Notes under the pieces: generated by a model
The model's database searches: none
What the model saw: only the letters and a program-made list of their open reading frames with translations
What the model was told of the DNA's origin: nothing
Source: a virus
Lineage: Duplodnaviria; Caudoviricetes
Virus record (IMG/VR): IMGVR_UViG_3300046779_002415
Coordinates: 1 to 47,975 of that record
DNA: 47,975 nucleotides
Reading direction: 5' to 3' (one strand)
Made by a program: the position numbers and the translations under genes
Shown: positions 20,801-29,572 of the stretch, piece after piece
Layout of the letters: each line of letters opens with the position of its first letter
How positions within the stretch are numbered: the first letter of the stretch is position 1

Positions 20801-22551
20801 CCAGCCTCCCAGGCTGCCTGAGGTGCTGGTAATGTCTGCAATAATTGAAACTGTGCAGTAGAGGTAGGAGCTGTCTGTGCCTCACTGTAGTAGTAGTACA
20901 ACTCCATGAGATCAGCACTACTATCGCTGATTACAGGAACTGACACTGTAAAATAAGGCTGTGCCGCAGATAGTTGTTGCGCTGAAACCACCGGCACTCC
21001 AGGCTGAGGAATATTAGAGGGATTTAAGATACCGGTGTTCTCGGATAATGCGAACTGTCTAAACGTTCTGGCAGTGTAGACCGTGGGTGTGTACTCTGTA
21101 GCACGAATATTGACACCGAGAATACTGTCCTCATTGAGAATTTCCTGTATGCTGGTAACTCGGAATAGTTTTTCAGTCCAGCCGAACCACTCATGAGTGA
21201 CTCTGATGATGTCACCGGCATCGACCTGTATGCCACTGTAGTCGAGATTGAATCCAATAGTTAAATCATCGCGACTCTGAAATAGTTTTCTCGCACCGAG
21301 ATACTGTGCCTGTACTTCGTCATTGACTAAAGGTAATGTGTATCTAAGTTCATTAACTGCCTCATTGGGGTTAGGAGTTAAGCCAAAGTCGCTGAGTGCA
21401 ATGTAAGCGAAGTCGGGTTGATCTCTTAAGCGTGAGCTGGGATATTGAACCTGTACACGATTGTAGGTGCTGTTACTGTCCAGAGGATTGACTGCTATGC
21501 CCGAGGTTAGATTGTCGCTGTTGACTAAAAATAGATCTCCGAGGCCGCGTCCTGCTTCCTGGTAACTGCGATTAATTACTACACTCCACTGTGCTGCTAC
21601 CTCGTTCCACTGTAGCCAACTACCTGCTGATTCGCAGATATTGTAGAGATTGTTTAAGCAGTTCTGATTAGTATCTATGGGTCCGTTGATTCTGTAGCGC
21701 GGCTGAGTCTTACTGACATTGTCACGATCCACGAACGTTATTGTCTGATCACTGTAGTTGTTAAGCTGAGTCAGCATTGCTTGATCTACACGAGCCAGCG
21801 GCACTGCACAACCATAGCGTGTATTGGTTAAGTAGTCCTTGAGGACATCACCGGGTTTTGTCAGTGTATTGCGAACCAGTGTAGTGAGCTGCGCTGCTCC
21901 GGTTAAACCTTTGTCTGAGTTGTACTTTAATCTTACAATAGCGAATGCAGTCTTATGCATAACGTCAGTGTCGGTCCAGCGATTAGCTACAGCAATGCCT
22001 TTGCCCACTGTAGCTTCTTTAAGCACATTAATAGCAGTAGGTGCTCCATATAAGGGAGCATTAGATCCGTTGTTGTAGAAGTAGATTTGCAATTCGTCTG
22101 CTGCATATGTGACAGTATTGCCGTTATCGTCTACACTGCTGGCTGCTCGATATTTTTGTGTAGCGTTAAATGTAATTTTTTGATCGCCCCACCAGCATAC
22201 AGGAATGCCATCGCCATTGTCGAATGTGATTGTTCCTGAGTCTGTGACTTCGCTTAATGACATCACATACCACATGTACTGACGATCCACTGAGATCTTG
22301 GCATCTGTGATCACTGGCTGCATGTAAGCACTACCGTAGACTACAGGTAATTTATTGTCAGTTGCCGGTGGTAATTGTACTCGAGTACCTAATTTATCTG
22401 TAGTATCGGGTAGATCGGGTTTGAATAGAGTAGATGCCAGAATGTAACTGGTTGCTGCTGCCAATACTGTAGCAGTAGCCACGATGGCCAGCGTGGATGT
22501 GACTCCGACTGTAGCTAATAGATAGGTAGCGGCTGCGGTAAATGCTGGCAT
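17863..22551 (-). CDS. Tail tip / host-specificity protein (lambda gpJ-like), 1562 aa
   Basis: LPVVYG, DYLTNTRYGCAVP, YNRVQVQYP, DAGDIIRVTHEWFGW motifs; long ANAVTAGKIA repeat region; downstream of tape measure. Confidence 0.85.
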   Translation of the reverse strand: MPAFTAAATYLLATVGVTSTLAIVATATVLAAATSYILASTLFKPDLPDTTDKLGTRVQLPPATDNKLPVVYGSAYMQPVITDAKISVDRQYMWYVMSLSEVTDSGTITFDNGDGIPVCWWGDQKITFNATQKYRAASSVDDNGNTVTYAADELQIYFYNNGSNAPLYGAPTAINVLKEATVGKGIAVANRWTDTDVMHKTAFAIVRLKYNSDKGLTGAAQLTTLVRNTLTKPGDVLKDYLTNTRYGCAVPLARVDQAMLTQLNNYSDQTITFVDRDNVSKTQPRYRINGPIDTNQNCLNNLYNICESAGSWLQWNEVAAQWSVVINRSYQEAGRGLGDLFLVNSDNLTSGIAVNPLDSNSTYNRVQVQYPSSRLRDQPDFAYIALSDFGLTPNPNEAVNELRYTLPLVNDEVQAQYLGARKLFQSRDDLTIGFNLDYSGIQVDAGDIIRVTHEWFGWTEKLFRVTSIQEILNEDSILGVNIRATEYTPTVYTARTFRQFALSENTGILNPSNIPQPGVPVVSAQQLSAAQPYFTVSVPVISDSSADLMELYYYYSEAQTAPTSTAQFQLLQTLPAPQAAWEAGTDAIFTVSGVPSSSIWFRARLKNTALNVRSDWGPQSQTLNWAPTPVVAVVGQNFQSTLQPPILVLPADALGNPDYTNSGFELSATAGSTFLEYVNASNDDDPAFTAGRWRIGSSANTGSYTDIVTTSILVGAPSTVTSTGLIWNSVSNLQGSSGIIRIPIRYRDSAGTVYQAADAVQQVRRLNAGAQGTRGTIPVAYVSATNFDPQSATDATLSARFTAATQFIPIAGDGAKFFNPATGQTRMAQYTGTTWQELSITVPGDIIAAGTITGDRFSANTVISANIKSNNATMGSIFSSGYWLDGSSGNARFAGSMTIGSDLNVAGLITGGLLNPQVVTSVQLADSAVTANAIADAVISAQKLVDQTITNAKIAANTITSTQLQNASIIDTKLADAAVTARVIAAEAVAAQALAANAVIAGKIAANAVTSTAIANNAVSDIKILDQTISNAKIALKTITNAQIANATIVTTLIANNAITTNLIAANAIVSSLIAGNAVIAGKLAANSVAAYNISANAVTAGTIAANAVTAGTIAANAVTAGAIAANAVTAGAIAAGSIQAGKIAAGAIQANALQVGSVTTLSIAAGNIVTGHIAANAITSDLLAANSVLARSISANSVTTEAINTSAVTAGKIAAAAIQAIHISANAVTAQAIAAGSISADKLVANSITSNQLMAGNITGDRLAANTITGDKIAANTISTNNLQAGSITAEKLTANFLVGKDYSSVNAVFGDSSSPGYWFRASDGSARFGGNVSISGLVVNGEITAGSIDTPALKQNAINRIYYQRTTLDNAESIALNPTQAQYENGVWNNHWITIPHSYTFTTDSNTSGLCIIQSYVMLQVNVRPVSNATVTTTYSFNYSDQYTATGNTNIRGANVQIPVTNWGNTRPVLTSVVRRQVNGEPDWWAFIQESKVLYSPMTTQDPPFTNQLIFTLPEVVRTLDANSSYTFSHDFSFNWWGEANNLVELKLVDQYFRIQNIKV
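18660..19800 (-). repeat. ANAVTAGKIA-type 5/10/15-aa repeats (probable beta-helix)
   Basis: Dozens of degenerate copies; near-exact 30-bp DNA repeats at 19146-19268. Confidence 0.85.
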
Positions 22552-22553
22552 GA

Positions 22554-23012
22554 TTAGCTCCCCGCCCAGACAGTTTCGATGGGACGCATATTAAAGCGAC
22601 TGTAGTCTACTCCTGCTCCACCGTTATGTCGTGTTATTGTGTAGTGTGTGATGCGTCCTTGTTGGATCATTGTCTCGGCCTGTTTAAAATATTCATTAAG
22701 CAATTTGTATGCTCTGCGTGTTTTTCTCACTGGTGCTGCTACCCACCATAGTATTTCGTTTAGTGTATGTCTCCGGGGATTCCATAAGCAGGGAGTGACT
22801 AATGCTAAAAAGAATCCATCTATTTTTCCGTCTGTGCGATGCAGTATTCCCACTCCGGCACCTGCGACTATCAATGATAAGATCTTGCAGATCTGTTCAT
22901 AGTCATCACCCATATCCATATCCTCGGTGTCGATCTCGTCACGTGCCAGTCGCATACATTCGAATACTTCTCTGAAGTCCCATCTGGTTAAATTACTGAT
23001 TGATTGTGTCAT
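22554..23012 (-). CDS. GNAT-fold acetyltransferase-like protein
   Basis: DGKIDGFFLA...EILWWVAAPVRKTRRAYKLL resembles GNAT motif A; 152 aa. Confidence 0.6.
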   Translation of the reverse strand: MTQSISNLTRWDFREVFECMRLARDEIDTEDMDMGDDYEQICKILSLIVAGAGVGILHRTDGKIDGFFLALVTPCLWNPRRHTLNEILWWVAAPVRKTRRAYKLLNEYFKQAETMIQQGRITHYTITRHNGGAGVDYSRFNMRPIETVWAGS

Positions 23013-23611
23013 TTTTTTCCGAAGTCCCAGTTACTTACTCCCAGGCTGGCTACACGATTCATACTTGTGTCGGTACCGACGCCCAGCTTCTGCCAGCTCT
23101 CCTGTGCGGTAAATCTTCCGGCTACACGATTCTGTAGTGCTGTCTTGTAGCTCGAGCAGGTGATGGTAACGTTGTAGCTTACCGTCTTCTCCTCCAGCGA
23201 TTCTTCAATGACATAGTTAGTGATGACACCGGTAAATCGTTTCGAGGTTCCCTGTAGCTGGCCCGCATCGTCATAAAATCCTCGCCAGATCTCTGCCAGA
23301 GATCCTTTGATAAGATGATCACTACTTAACACTGCATAGATATTTTCCTGCTGTATGCCGGTTAATGTGATTGCAGTGTCATAGTTAGTTGCTTCGATAT
23401 CGCGTTGCTGTGCTGCGATGCCCAATAAGCCACCCAGTGCTAAAAACACCTGTCCATCTATCGTTTCAGTACGATAAGCAGTGCTGAATGTGTAGGTATC
23501 GATGCCGCCGGGATTAGTAGTAGCTGTATTACTGCGATTAAGTGATAGTCTCACGAATTCCGCGGTAATTACTCGACCTGTGTTCTGTACGAATGAGATA
23601 TTAGTAGCCAT
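23009..23611 (-). CDS. Minor tail / tail-tip hub protein
   Basis: IDGQVFLALGGLLGI...EIWRGFYD...RFTGVI pattern; between distal tail and J-like genes. Confidence 0.65.
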   Translation of the reverse strand: MATNISFVQNTGRVITAEFVRLSLNRSNTATTNPGGIDTYTFSTAYRTETIDGQVFLALGGLLGIAAQQRDIEATNYDTAITLTGIQQENIYAVLSSDHLIKGSLAEIWRGFYDDAGQLQGTSKRFTGVITNYVIEESLEEKTVSYNVTITCSSYKTALQNRVAGRFTAQESWQKLGVGTDTSMNRVASLGVSNWDFGKK

Positions 23612-24349
23612 TTATGCCGCCGCCATGTATTCAACGAGTTCGAAGTCATCGCTCCACTCGATATAAGCATTACTCTCGGGTATTCTGCTATTACCTGTTA
23701 CACCCTGTGCTGCCATAAATCCTCCCGGCACTAATCGATAGGTAGGCATATTTGCTGCTACTAATCTGAATTGACATGCTGCGCCGAAGTTGACTCCGGT
23801 ATTGGCGCTGGGAGTAGTTGAGAATATGTTGGGTCTATGCACCGGAACTGCTACTGTGGTACCCGACCCTCTTACAACGTCCTGTGTTACACTAAAGGGA
23901 TGAGGGTGACCCTGTATCTGTATGATGTCTCCGGCTCTGACTATGTATCTTGTGGCTGCTATGCCGACGTCGGCGACATTTAATCTTATGGCGTGCTCGG
24001 GCACAGCAGTATCTCCGGTATTGACTGTAGTGAACTCGATAAATTTCACATCGATAAAATCCTGTGCGGTTACTATGTCGCCCTGATAAGCGAATATGCC
24101 GCCGCCGATGCTGTTGCCGAATGTCACTACCTCGGTGCGATTTCTGTCTAATAGATCTATGCGTTCGAGAACACTGCGGGCCAGCGAATAACGCAGACTC
24201 GAGCTGGCTCTTACTTTAAATTTCCAGGGATTCTTTGTAGGTATCTCGGTAGTTCTCATAATCTCATTGCGAGTCATCACCGAGCCTATTCTGCGTCTAC
24301 GATTGACTTCCACTGATTCTGCTATTGATAATATTGCTGCTATGCTCAT
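23612..24349 (-). CDS. Distal tail protein (putative)
   Basis: Directly after tape measure; VRAGDIIQI and terminal FELVE patterns. Confidence 0.55.
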   Translation of the reverse strand: MSIAAILSIAESVEVNRRRRIGSVMTRNEIMRTTEIPTKNPWKFKVRASSSLRYSLARSVLERIDLLDRNRTEVVTFGNSIGGGIFAYQGDIVTAQDFIDVKFIEFTTVNTGDTAVPEHAIRLNVADVGIAATRYIVRAGDIIQIQGHPHPFSVTQDVVRGSGTTVAVPVHRPNIFSTTPSANTGVNFGAACQFRLVAANMPTYRLVPGGFMAAQGVTGNSRIPESNAYIEWSDDFELVEYMAAA

Positions 24350-24359
24350 TGTTTAATCC

Positions 24360-27300
24360 TTATCTACGTGGTTGTGGTAGTTCGCGTTTAGCTTGTTCTA
24401 CACTGCCGAATAATGCTCTGCGATTCTCGGCAAATAACTGTGCTACTGATTTAGCGTCTACTGCACTAACTGAATTGTTGTAGTTGGTAGTGTAGTAGTT
24501 ATTGACTACTCCCCCGCCACCGCCTAATTGATCGTTGGGAATGATGGTGCCGGCACTGCGAGGAACGAATAGTTCTGGACCGCGTTCTCCGACAATACTG
24601 GGGCGATTCATTGGTGGTGTTCCACCATTGGCAAATCCCATGATGCTGCCCATACCTGGGAACATTGTTTGCAGTGTGCGTAAAATCATCATCTTCATAA
24701 CTATTTTCATGATGTCCTTGATCACGCTCTTGGCGAAGTCACTGAAACTGAATTTACCGGTCTCGACAAATTTATCTATTGCTGACTCCATGCTATTGGC
24801 CATGGACTGGAAGATATTCTTAGCAACGTTGGCTGCGTTAGTAGCAGACTCCATATAACTCATCCAGGCTTCTTGCCAGCCTGCGCCGAAACTGCGCTGA
24901 TATTCCTGTGTTGCCCGCATCTGTTCTTCTACTACTCTGGCCTGTTCGCGATAAGCCTCGGTGATGGCTTCGATGGCCTGAATGCGATTTGCAGGATCTA
25001 TGCTGGTATCTCTACCCAGTGCGTTAACAGCCTCGACTCTCTTTAGTTCAATATCTAATAATTCTCGTGCTAATTCTCGCTGACGTTCTGTTAGTCCACG
25101 CATCTGCATTTCCAACTCGAACTTTTTCTGTAGTTGAGCAGTAGCATCCATGATTGGTGCTACTTGATCTCGCTGTAATTTAAGGGCTTCCTGTGCTATT
25201 CTGTTGTCACGCTGAGTCTCTAATAGTCGTTGTTGTGCTGCTAATTGTTGGTCGTATTGTTCTGTCAATGATTTAGCGGCTTCCACAGTGATGGAACTAT
25301 CGCTATTGATTTCTCTAATAAAATCTCTGCGTTTTGCAGTCATCTCAGCCATAGCGGTTAGATAACCCTGCTCGGCTTCGCTACGACCTATTAATAATTC
25401 CTGCAGTCCTACCTGATCCTGTAGTTGACGTGTCTGATCGATCAGTGGTTTAACCTGACTATTGTAGGCCTGAGATAATGCTTCGCCCTGCTTTGTTAAA
25501 TATTCCTCGACTTCTGCTTGGCGTTCCAGGAATCTTGTAACGTCACGTTCTGCTGCTAATAATTCAGTTACTGCTGCAACCTGTCGTTGTGTCTCTTCTG
25601 TGATCTTTTTCTTAGCAGTAGCTATTACTCCATTCATAGCCATGAGTTGCTGCACTTCTGCGATATTAAGATCCGATTGCTGCTGTTTTGGCATCGCTGA
25701 TACTTTAGCCTGCAATTCCGCTCGCTTGCGCTCCAGCTCATAGATCTTATCTGCTCCTGTGCGCTGTATATCGTAGACAGCCTGGGCAGTTCGTCGGTAT
25801 TCGTCGGCAATGCCCAATTGACTAGTGCGGAACTTAATATCTTCCTGTGCTAATTTATTGTTGCGCTCATAGTCCTTAAGCGCGATATTTTGTTGCAGCG
25901 ACATTTCTTGGGCTATTCTGGCAGTCGCTGCTTGTTGCATTGCTAATTTCTTAGAGGCATCGGCTCGTTTGTTAAAATTTTCCTGTTCGCCGCGATATTC
26001 TTCTTCTAATACTTTAGCCCACTCCTTGGCCTTATCGATATCGCGTTCGAATAGACCGCTTTTGTTCTTATGTGCGAAGAATTTGTATATGGCTTCATCG
26101 GCTTGACTAATCTTATCTCTAACGTAGCTGAATGCATCACCTATGGCTCTAACTACACTATCTAATCCAGTGAGTTCTCCCGTGGTTTTGATAAAATCCT
26201 GTGTTGCAACTATAGCTTTAAGGATTAAATCAGTCATGAATCTTAATGGCGCGGCTAATTTCGATAATATTTTTTCGAATTCGCTTAAATTACCCTGACC
26301 AGTTAACACTCGTTTGATAAAATCATCGAATCCGCCGGTAAGTTTGTATAGTATACCGCTAAGCATTACCATTCCAATTACGATTTTGCCGTATACTGTA
26401 TTGCTAGCCAGGAACGCTAGACTTCTGCCGATTGTTGCTAACACCGTGCCTAATCTAGACAGCGTTGCTTCCACTGATTTAAATGCAGTCATCTTACTGG
26501 CAGCACTAACTACTGTTTCTACTACAGTAGTAGCAGATTTTGCTCGAACTACTACTCCTGCTAATGCAGCAGACATCAATGCCCATCCACGATATACTGC
26601 AATAGTTGCTAACACCGCTGACAACACTTTAAGTGCAGTGACCAACGAATCTACGTTTTCGGTAAGTGTCTTAACGCCCGCAGAGATAGATTCAATACCC
26701 TGTGCTAGTGATTTAGTGAATCCCGAGGCTTTGTCGAATTCGCTGAATAGCAGTGACAAGTTGTTGATCAAGACATTAAATGATTGTCCTACTGTTGTTT
26801 CAGTGCGCCCAAAGGTAGCATCGATCTCAGCCTTACTGGCTTTCATTGCACGAACGAACACATCACCGGTGATCTTACCTTCGCTGCCCAACTTCTTAAC
26901 TTCGCCTATGCTGACTCCTAGCTCTCGAGCCAGTGCTTTAGATACTACCGGCATACCTTCCATAACGCTGCGAAGTTCATCGCCTTGGAATCTTCCTGAC
27001 TGTAGTGCTTGTCCTATCTGTAGCAAGGGTCCTGCTGCTTCTTTAGCACTGATACCGCTGGCAGTCATAGCCTTACTGATACTCTCGGTGATGTCTGCTG
27101 CTTCCTGTTGTGATATTCCCAGTTGATCGCTGGCTCTGGCTATGCGGAAGTATAAGTCACCGACTTCTTTTAGAGGCGCACGACTGCGATTAGCAATCTC
27201 TACCAATCCCTTAAAATTGCCTTCGACTCCGGCTTCGGTATCGTTAAGTTGACTAAGTTTATTCTTAAGATCGATCACGCCATCGCCGAAGTTAGCGATT

Positions 27301-27521
27301 GTTGTCATTGCTGCTACAATAGCAGTTAGACTAAATGCAGCGTTGAGTCGCCCTACGCTGGCAGTTAATCCTGACATAGACTGTGTAGTTTTGTTGGCAG
27401 CAGCCTGCGCTCTGGCAGCCATATCTGCGAATTTCGCGTTAAGTTGTGTTAGTTGTGCTTCAACACGCTGTAGTTCTTTGACTACTGCTGTTGCGTCTGC
27501 TGTTAATTTGACATCTGCCAT
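24360..27521 (-). CDS. Tape measure protein (1053 aa)
   Basis: QIGQALQSGRFQGDELRSVME tape-measure motif; lambda-type C-terminus (SFGAGWQEAW, FVETGKFSFSDFAKS); FANGG..VGERGPELF. Confidence 0.95.
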   Translation of the reverse strand: MADVKLTADATAVVKELQRVEAQLTQLNAKFADMAARAQAAANKTTQSMSGLTASVGRLNAAFSLTAIVAAMTTIANFGDGVIDLKNKLSQLNDTEAGVEGNFKGLVEIANRSRAPLKEVGDLYFRIARASDQLGISQQEAADITESISKAMTASGISAKEAAGPLLQIGQALQSGRFQGDELRSVMEGMPVVSKALARELGVSIGEVKKLGSEGKITGDVFVRAMKASKAEIDATFGRTETTVGQSFNVLINNLSLLFSEFDKASGFTKSLAQGIESISAGVKTLTENVDSLVTALKVLSAVLATIAVYRGWALMSAALAGVVVRAKSATTVVETVVSAASKMTAFKSVEATLSRLGTVLATIGRSLAFLASNTVYGKIVIGMVMLSGILYKLTGGFDDFIKRVLTGQGNLSEFEKILSKLAAPLRFMTDLILKAIVATQDFIKTTGELTGLDSVVRAIGDAFSYVRDKISQADEAIYKFFAHKNKSGLFERDIDKAKEWAKVLEEEYRGEQENFNKRADASKKLAMQQAATARIAQEMSLQQNIALKDYERNNKLAQEDIKFRTSQLGIADEYRRTAQAVYDIQRTGADKIYELERKRAELQAKVSAMPKQQQSDLNIAEVQQLMAMNGVIATAKKKITEETQRQVAAVTELLAAERDVTRFLERQAEVEEYLTKQGEALSQAYNSQVKPLIDQTRQLQDQVGLQELLIGRSEAEQGYLTAMAEMTAKRRDFIREINSDSSITVEAAKSLTEQYDQQLAAQQRLLETQRDNRIAQEALKLQRDQVAPIMDATAQLQKKFELEMQMRGLTERQRELARELLDIELKRVEAVNALGRDTSIDPANRIQAIEAITEAYREQARVVEEQMRATQEYQRSFGAGWQEAWMSYMESATNAANVAKNIFQSMANSMESAIDKFVETGKFSFSDFAKSVIKDIMKIVMKMMILRTLQTMFPGMGSIMGFANGGTPPMNRPSIVGERGPELFVPRSAGTIIPNDQLGGGGGVVNNYYTTNYNNSVSAVDAKSVAQLFAENRRALFGSVEQAKRELPQPRR

Positions 27522-27532
27522 TGCTTGCTCCG

Positions 27533-27829
27533 TTATCTTTTAAATATTTTTTTTATTTGTTTTCTGAGCCATTGGCTAGTAGGCCGGGTCATACCTTCAG
27601 GAGCTTTAGGACTCCAACCAGAATCCAATCGGTCAGCATAAGCATAGTTGGCCTTAATGGTCGTGCCCTGCAGTCTGGTTCTTCTTCTGGCATTACCTGT
27701 GCGATATGGAGTCTCGTCTACAAAAACGTTAAGTGCCTGACTGGGTAAACGCTCTACTGCCTGTCGTTGTCTTCTGAGATTAGTCACAGGCTTGTCGACT
27801 CGAAATTTAACTGAGACGAATTTAGCCAT
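27533..27829 (-). CDS. HK97 gp10-like tail completion protein
   Basis: TPYRTGNARR...YAYADRLDSGWSPKAPEGM motif. Confidence 0.75.
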   Translation of the reverse strand: MAKFVSVKFRVDKPVTNLRRQRQAVERLPSQALNVFVDETPYRTGNARRRTRLQGTTIKANYAYADRLDSGWSPKAPEGMTRPTSQWLRKQIKKIFKR

Positions 27830-28067
27830 TGCCGGGTCTCCTGCGTGATCGATTAACTATTTCCTGCAACTCATCATTAGTTAAATCCAAGGCGTATTTG
27901 CCCTGTGATCGCTGATGCTGGTAGTTGTGATATGATAGTGCTGCATCCATAATTGCTATATCCAGTGTGGATCCAGATGCTAAGATTTCGCTGGGCAGTC
28001 TTCCGTATCTCTCACCCAGCGTATCCAATGTCAGCATCAATGCCAGCTCGCGTGATCCATCTACCAC
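27822..28067 (-). CDS. Tail assembly chaperone, frameshifted extension (gpGT-like)
   Basis: In the -1 frame relative to 28079..28375, reached via GGGAAAC; YGRLPSEIL motif. Confidence 0.75.
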   Translation of the reverse strand: MVDGSRELALMLTLDTLGERYGRLPSEILASGSTLDIAIMDAALSYHNYQHQRSQGKYALDLTNDELQEIVNRSRRRPGNG

Positions 28068-28078
28068 GGGCTGGTTTG

Positions 28079-28375
28079 TTAGTTTCCCAGTGTAGTTGTG
28101 ATCCGACTGATCGCAGCCATTAAGACATCTGTGGGTAACATGTTGTCATCGGTCAACAACGGTCGTCCTGCTTCGTCGAGAATAAGATCTCTGACGATCT
28201 CGATTACTTTTCGACTATTGCCTTCAGCGGCATTAGCCAGTTCCATGAACACCGACATAGGCTGACGATCCCAGGTATGGAATACAATAGGCTCGCCATA
28301 GCGTTGCACTAATTGTTCGTCGTCAATGGTGATTTCGATTAGTTGAGGTTTTGCGGTTAGTTGTGATAATTTCAT
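28079..28375 (-). CDS. Tail assembly chaperone (gpG-like)
   Basis: Between tube and tape measure; ends CTG GGA AAC TAA. Confidence 0.75.
   Translation of the reverse strand: MKLSQLTAKPQLIEITIDDEQLVQRYGEPIVFHTWDRQPMSVFMELANAAEGNSRKVIEIVRDLILDEAGRPLLTDDNMLPTDVLMAAISRITTTLGN
28082..28088 (-). other. Programmed -1 frameshift slippery site G GGA AAC
   Basis: XXXYYYZ heptamer before the stop; -1 frame reads KLTNQPVVDGSRELA into the next ORF. Confidence 0.8.
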
Positions 28376-28396
28376 TGCTTAATGTCCTTTAAATGA

Positions 28397-28576
28397 TTAA
28401 GATTCTTGGTTACTGAGTTGTTCGCGCATCTGATTTAACAGTGCTAGTCTAAAACTATTCTTGGCTCTTAATGTTGTAATTGTTGCCAATAACTGCTCTA
28501 GCATTGCTGCATTTTTTGCTTCGTCAGCGATTAAGCTGGCTATTCTTGCTTCTGTGGATAATATTTTTGTGTTCAT
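28397..28576 (-). CDS. Small helical protein, 59 aa (MNTKILSTEARIASLIADEAKN...)
   Basis: ATG 28576 to TAA 28397; fills the gap and follows a TATAAATA box; not in the ORF track. Confidence 0.7.
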   Translation of the reverse strand: MNTKILSTEARIASLIADEAKNAAMLEQLLATITTLRAKNSFRLALLNQMREQLSNQES

Positions 28577-28589
28577 GATTTAACTCAAA

Positions 28590-28597
28590 TATTTATA
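28590..28597 (-). promoter_or_regulatory. Exact T4 late promoter consensus TATAAATA
   Basis: Immediately downstream of the tube-gene terminator, where transcription must restart. Confidence 0.65.
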
Positions 28598-28605
28598 GTT
28601 GATTG

Positions 28606-28632
28606 AAAATATGCCTGTTGCCAGGCATATTC
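28606..28632 (-). terminator. Rho-independent terminator after major tail gene
   Basis: AATATGCCTG-GCAA-CAGGCATATT then TTC on minus strand. Confidence 0.7.
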
Positions 28633-28642
28633 TCGGGGTCAA

Positions 28643-29137
28643 TTAAGTAATTGAAGGTGTGCTACCAGTTCCGTCTTGGTAAGTTCCGTCTACAGCGATC
28701 TCTAACGGGCTGACCCAGACCGGTGCGTCTGGTGATACAGTAGGAGCCAGGTTATTGATATAACCGCGTCCACCGCGCCAACGTGCATCTGTGCCGGTGT
28801 CACCTGCAGTCCAGATTGCGAATTTAATTTCTGTCTTATCGCTGGCTAGTTTTTGTAAGCCATCCAGTGCTGCTGATCCGTTTGCTGCTGTAGTGTTACC
28901 ATACCATGCAGTATCGTCAATAACAATGTTAGTGCTGATGCTGTTGTCGGCTGGTGTTGTCAACTTACGCTGATCTCTCTCATCGAAAGTTGAATAGGAA
29001 AACACACCAGTGCTATTAGTGATTGTTAGATCCTGTACAAAAGGAACTTCGATTGCATTAGTGAAGTTCGCTTCCGAGGCTTTAACAATCTTAATAACTG
29101 GTTGAGTTCCAGTGGTATTAGTTGTAATTCTTGCCAT
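28643..29137 (-). CDS. Major tail (tube) protein
   Basis: 164 aa, strong AAGGAG RBS, own terminator, GRGYINNLAPTVSPDAPVWVSPLEIAVDG; synteny. Confidence 0.8.
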   Translation of the reverse strand: MARITTNTTGTQPVIKIVKASEANFTNAIEVPFVQDLTITNSTGVFSYSTFDERDQRKLTTPADNSISTNIVIDDTAWYGNTTAANGSAALDGLQKLASDKTEIKFAIWTAGDTGTDARWRGGRGYINNLAPTVSPDAPVWVSPLEIAVDGTYQDGTGSTPSIT

Positions 29138-29167
29138 TTATTTCTCCTTTAGTCTTGGCTTATTGGT

Positions 29168-29563
29168 TTAGTTTATCTCTATGCGTTTAAGGCTGAAGTC
29201 ATAGGTTCTGTATTCTGCTCTATTGATATACTGTTGCTCCATGGTGTAGTCACGTTCATGATATCCCGACATCAGTGCTGTATTAGCCACTATGCCGCTG
29301 ATGGCTGTTTCGCATTGATCTCTGCGATCATCGCCCTGGAACGATATTAATAGTATTCGCATTGCGTCAGTAACTGTATAGATACTGGCTCCGGTTTGAA
29401 TACCTAATCTATATGGCTCACGCTCGGCAGGTGCTGGATCATTGACATAGATTCCACTGCGAACCTGTTCGGGATCGCTGGGGAACTCGTCAAATACTTC
29501 GATGTCACCTACTAAGTTTTTGATATAGTCAACAACTTGTTCACTGCTGATTAATGCTGCCAC
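29168..29563 (-). CDS. Tail terminator/neck protein (putative)
   Basis: Size and position just upstream of the tube gene. Confidence 0.55.
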   Translation of the reverse strand: MAALISSEQVVDYIKNLVGDIEVFDEFPSDPEQVRSGIYVNDPAPAEREPYRLGIQTGASIYTVTDAMRILLISFQGDDRRDQCETAISGIVANTALMSGYHERDYTMEQQYINRAEYRTYDFSLKRIEIN

Positions 29564-29572
29564 GTCTGTTCC

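Noticed and set aside
1096-22551. Diversity-generating retroelement acting on fibres
   Set aside because: No reverse transcriptase and no TR/VR pair with adenine-specific mismatches seen.
73-27748. Many plus-strand V/L/A-rich ORFs (e.g. 7493..8605, 6764..7471, 26314..27126)
   Set aside because: Antisense shadows of long minus-strand genes with biased codons; no RBS context.
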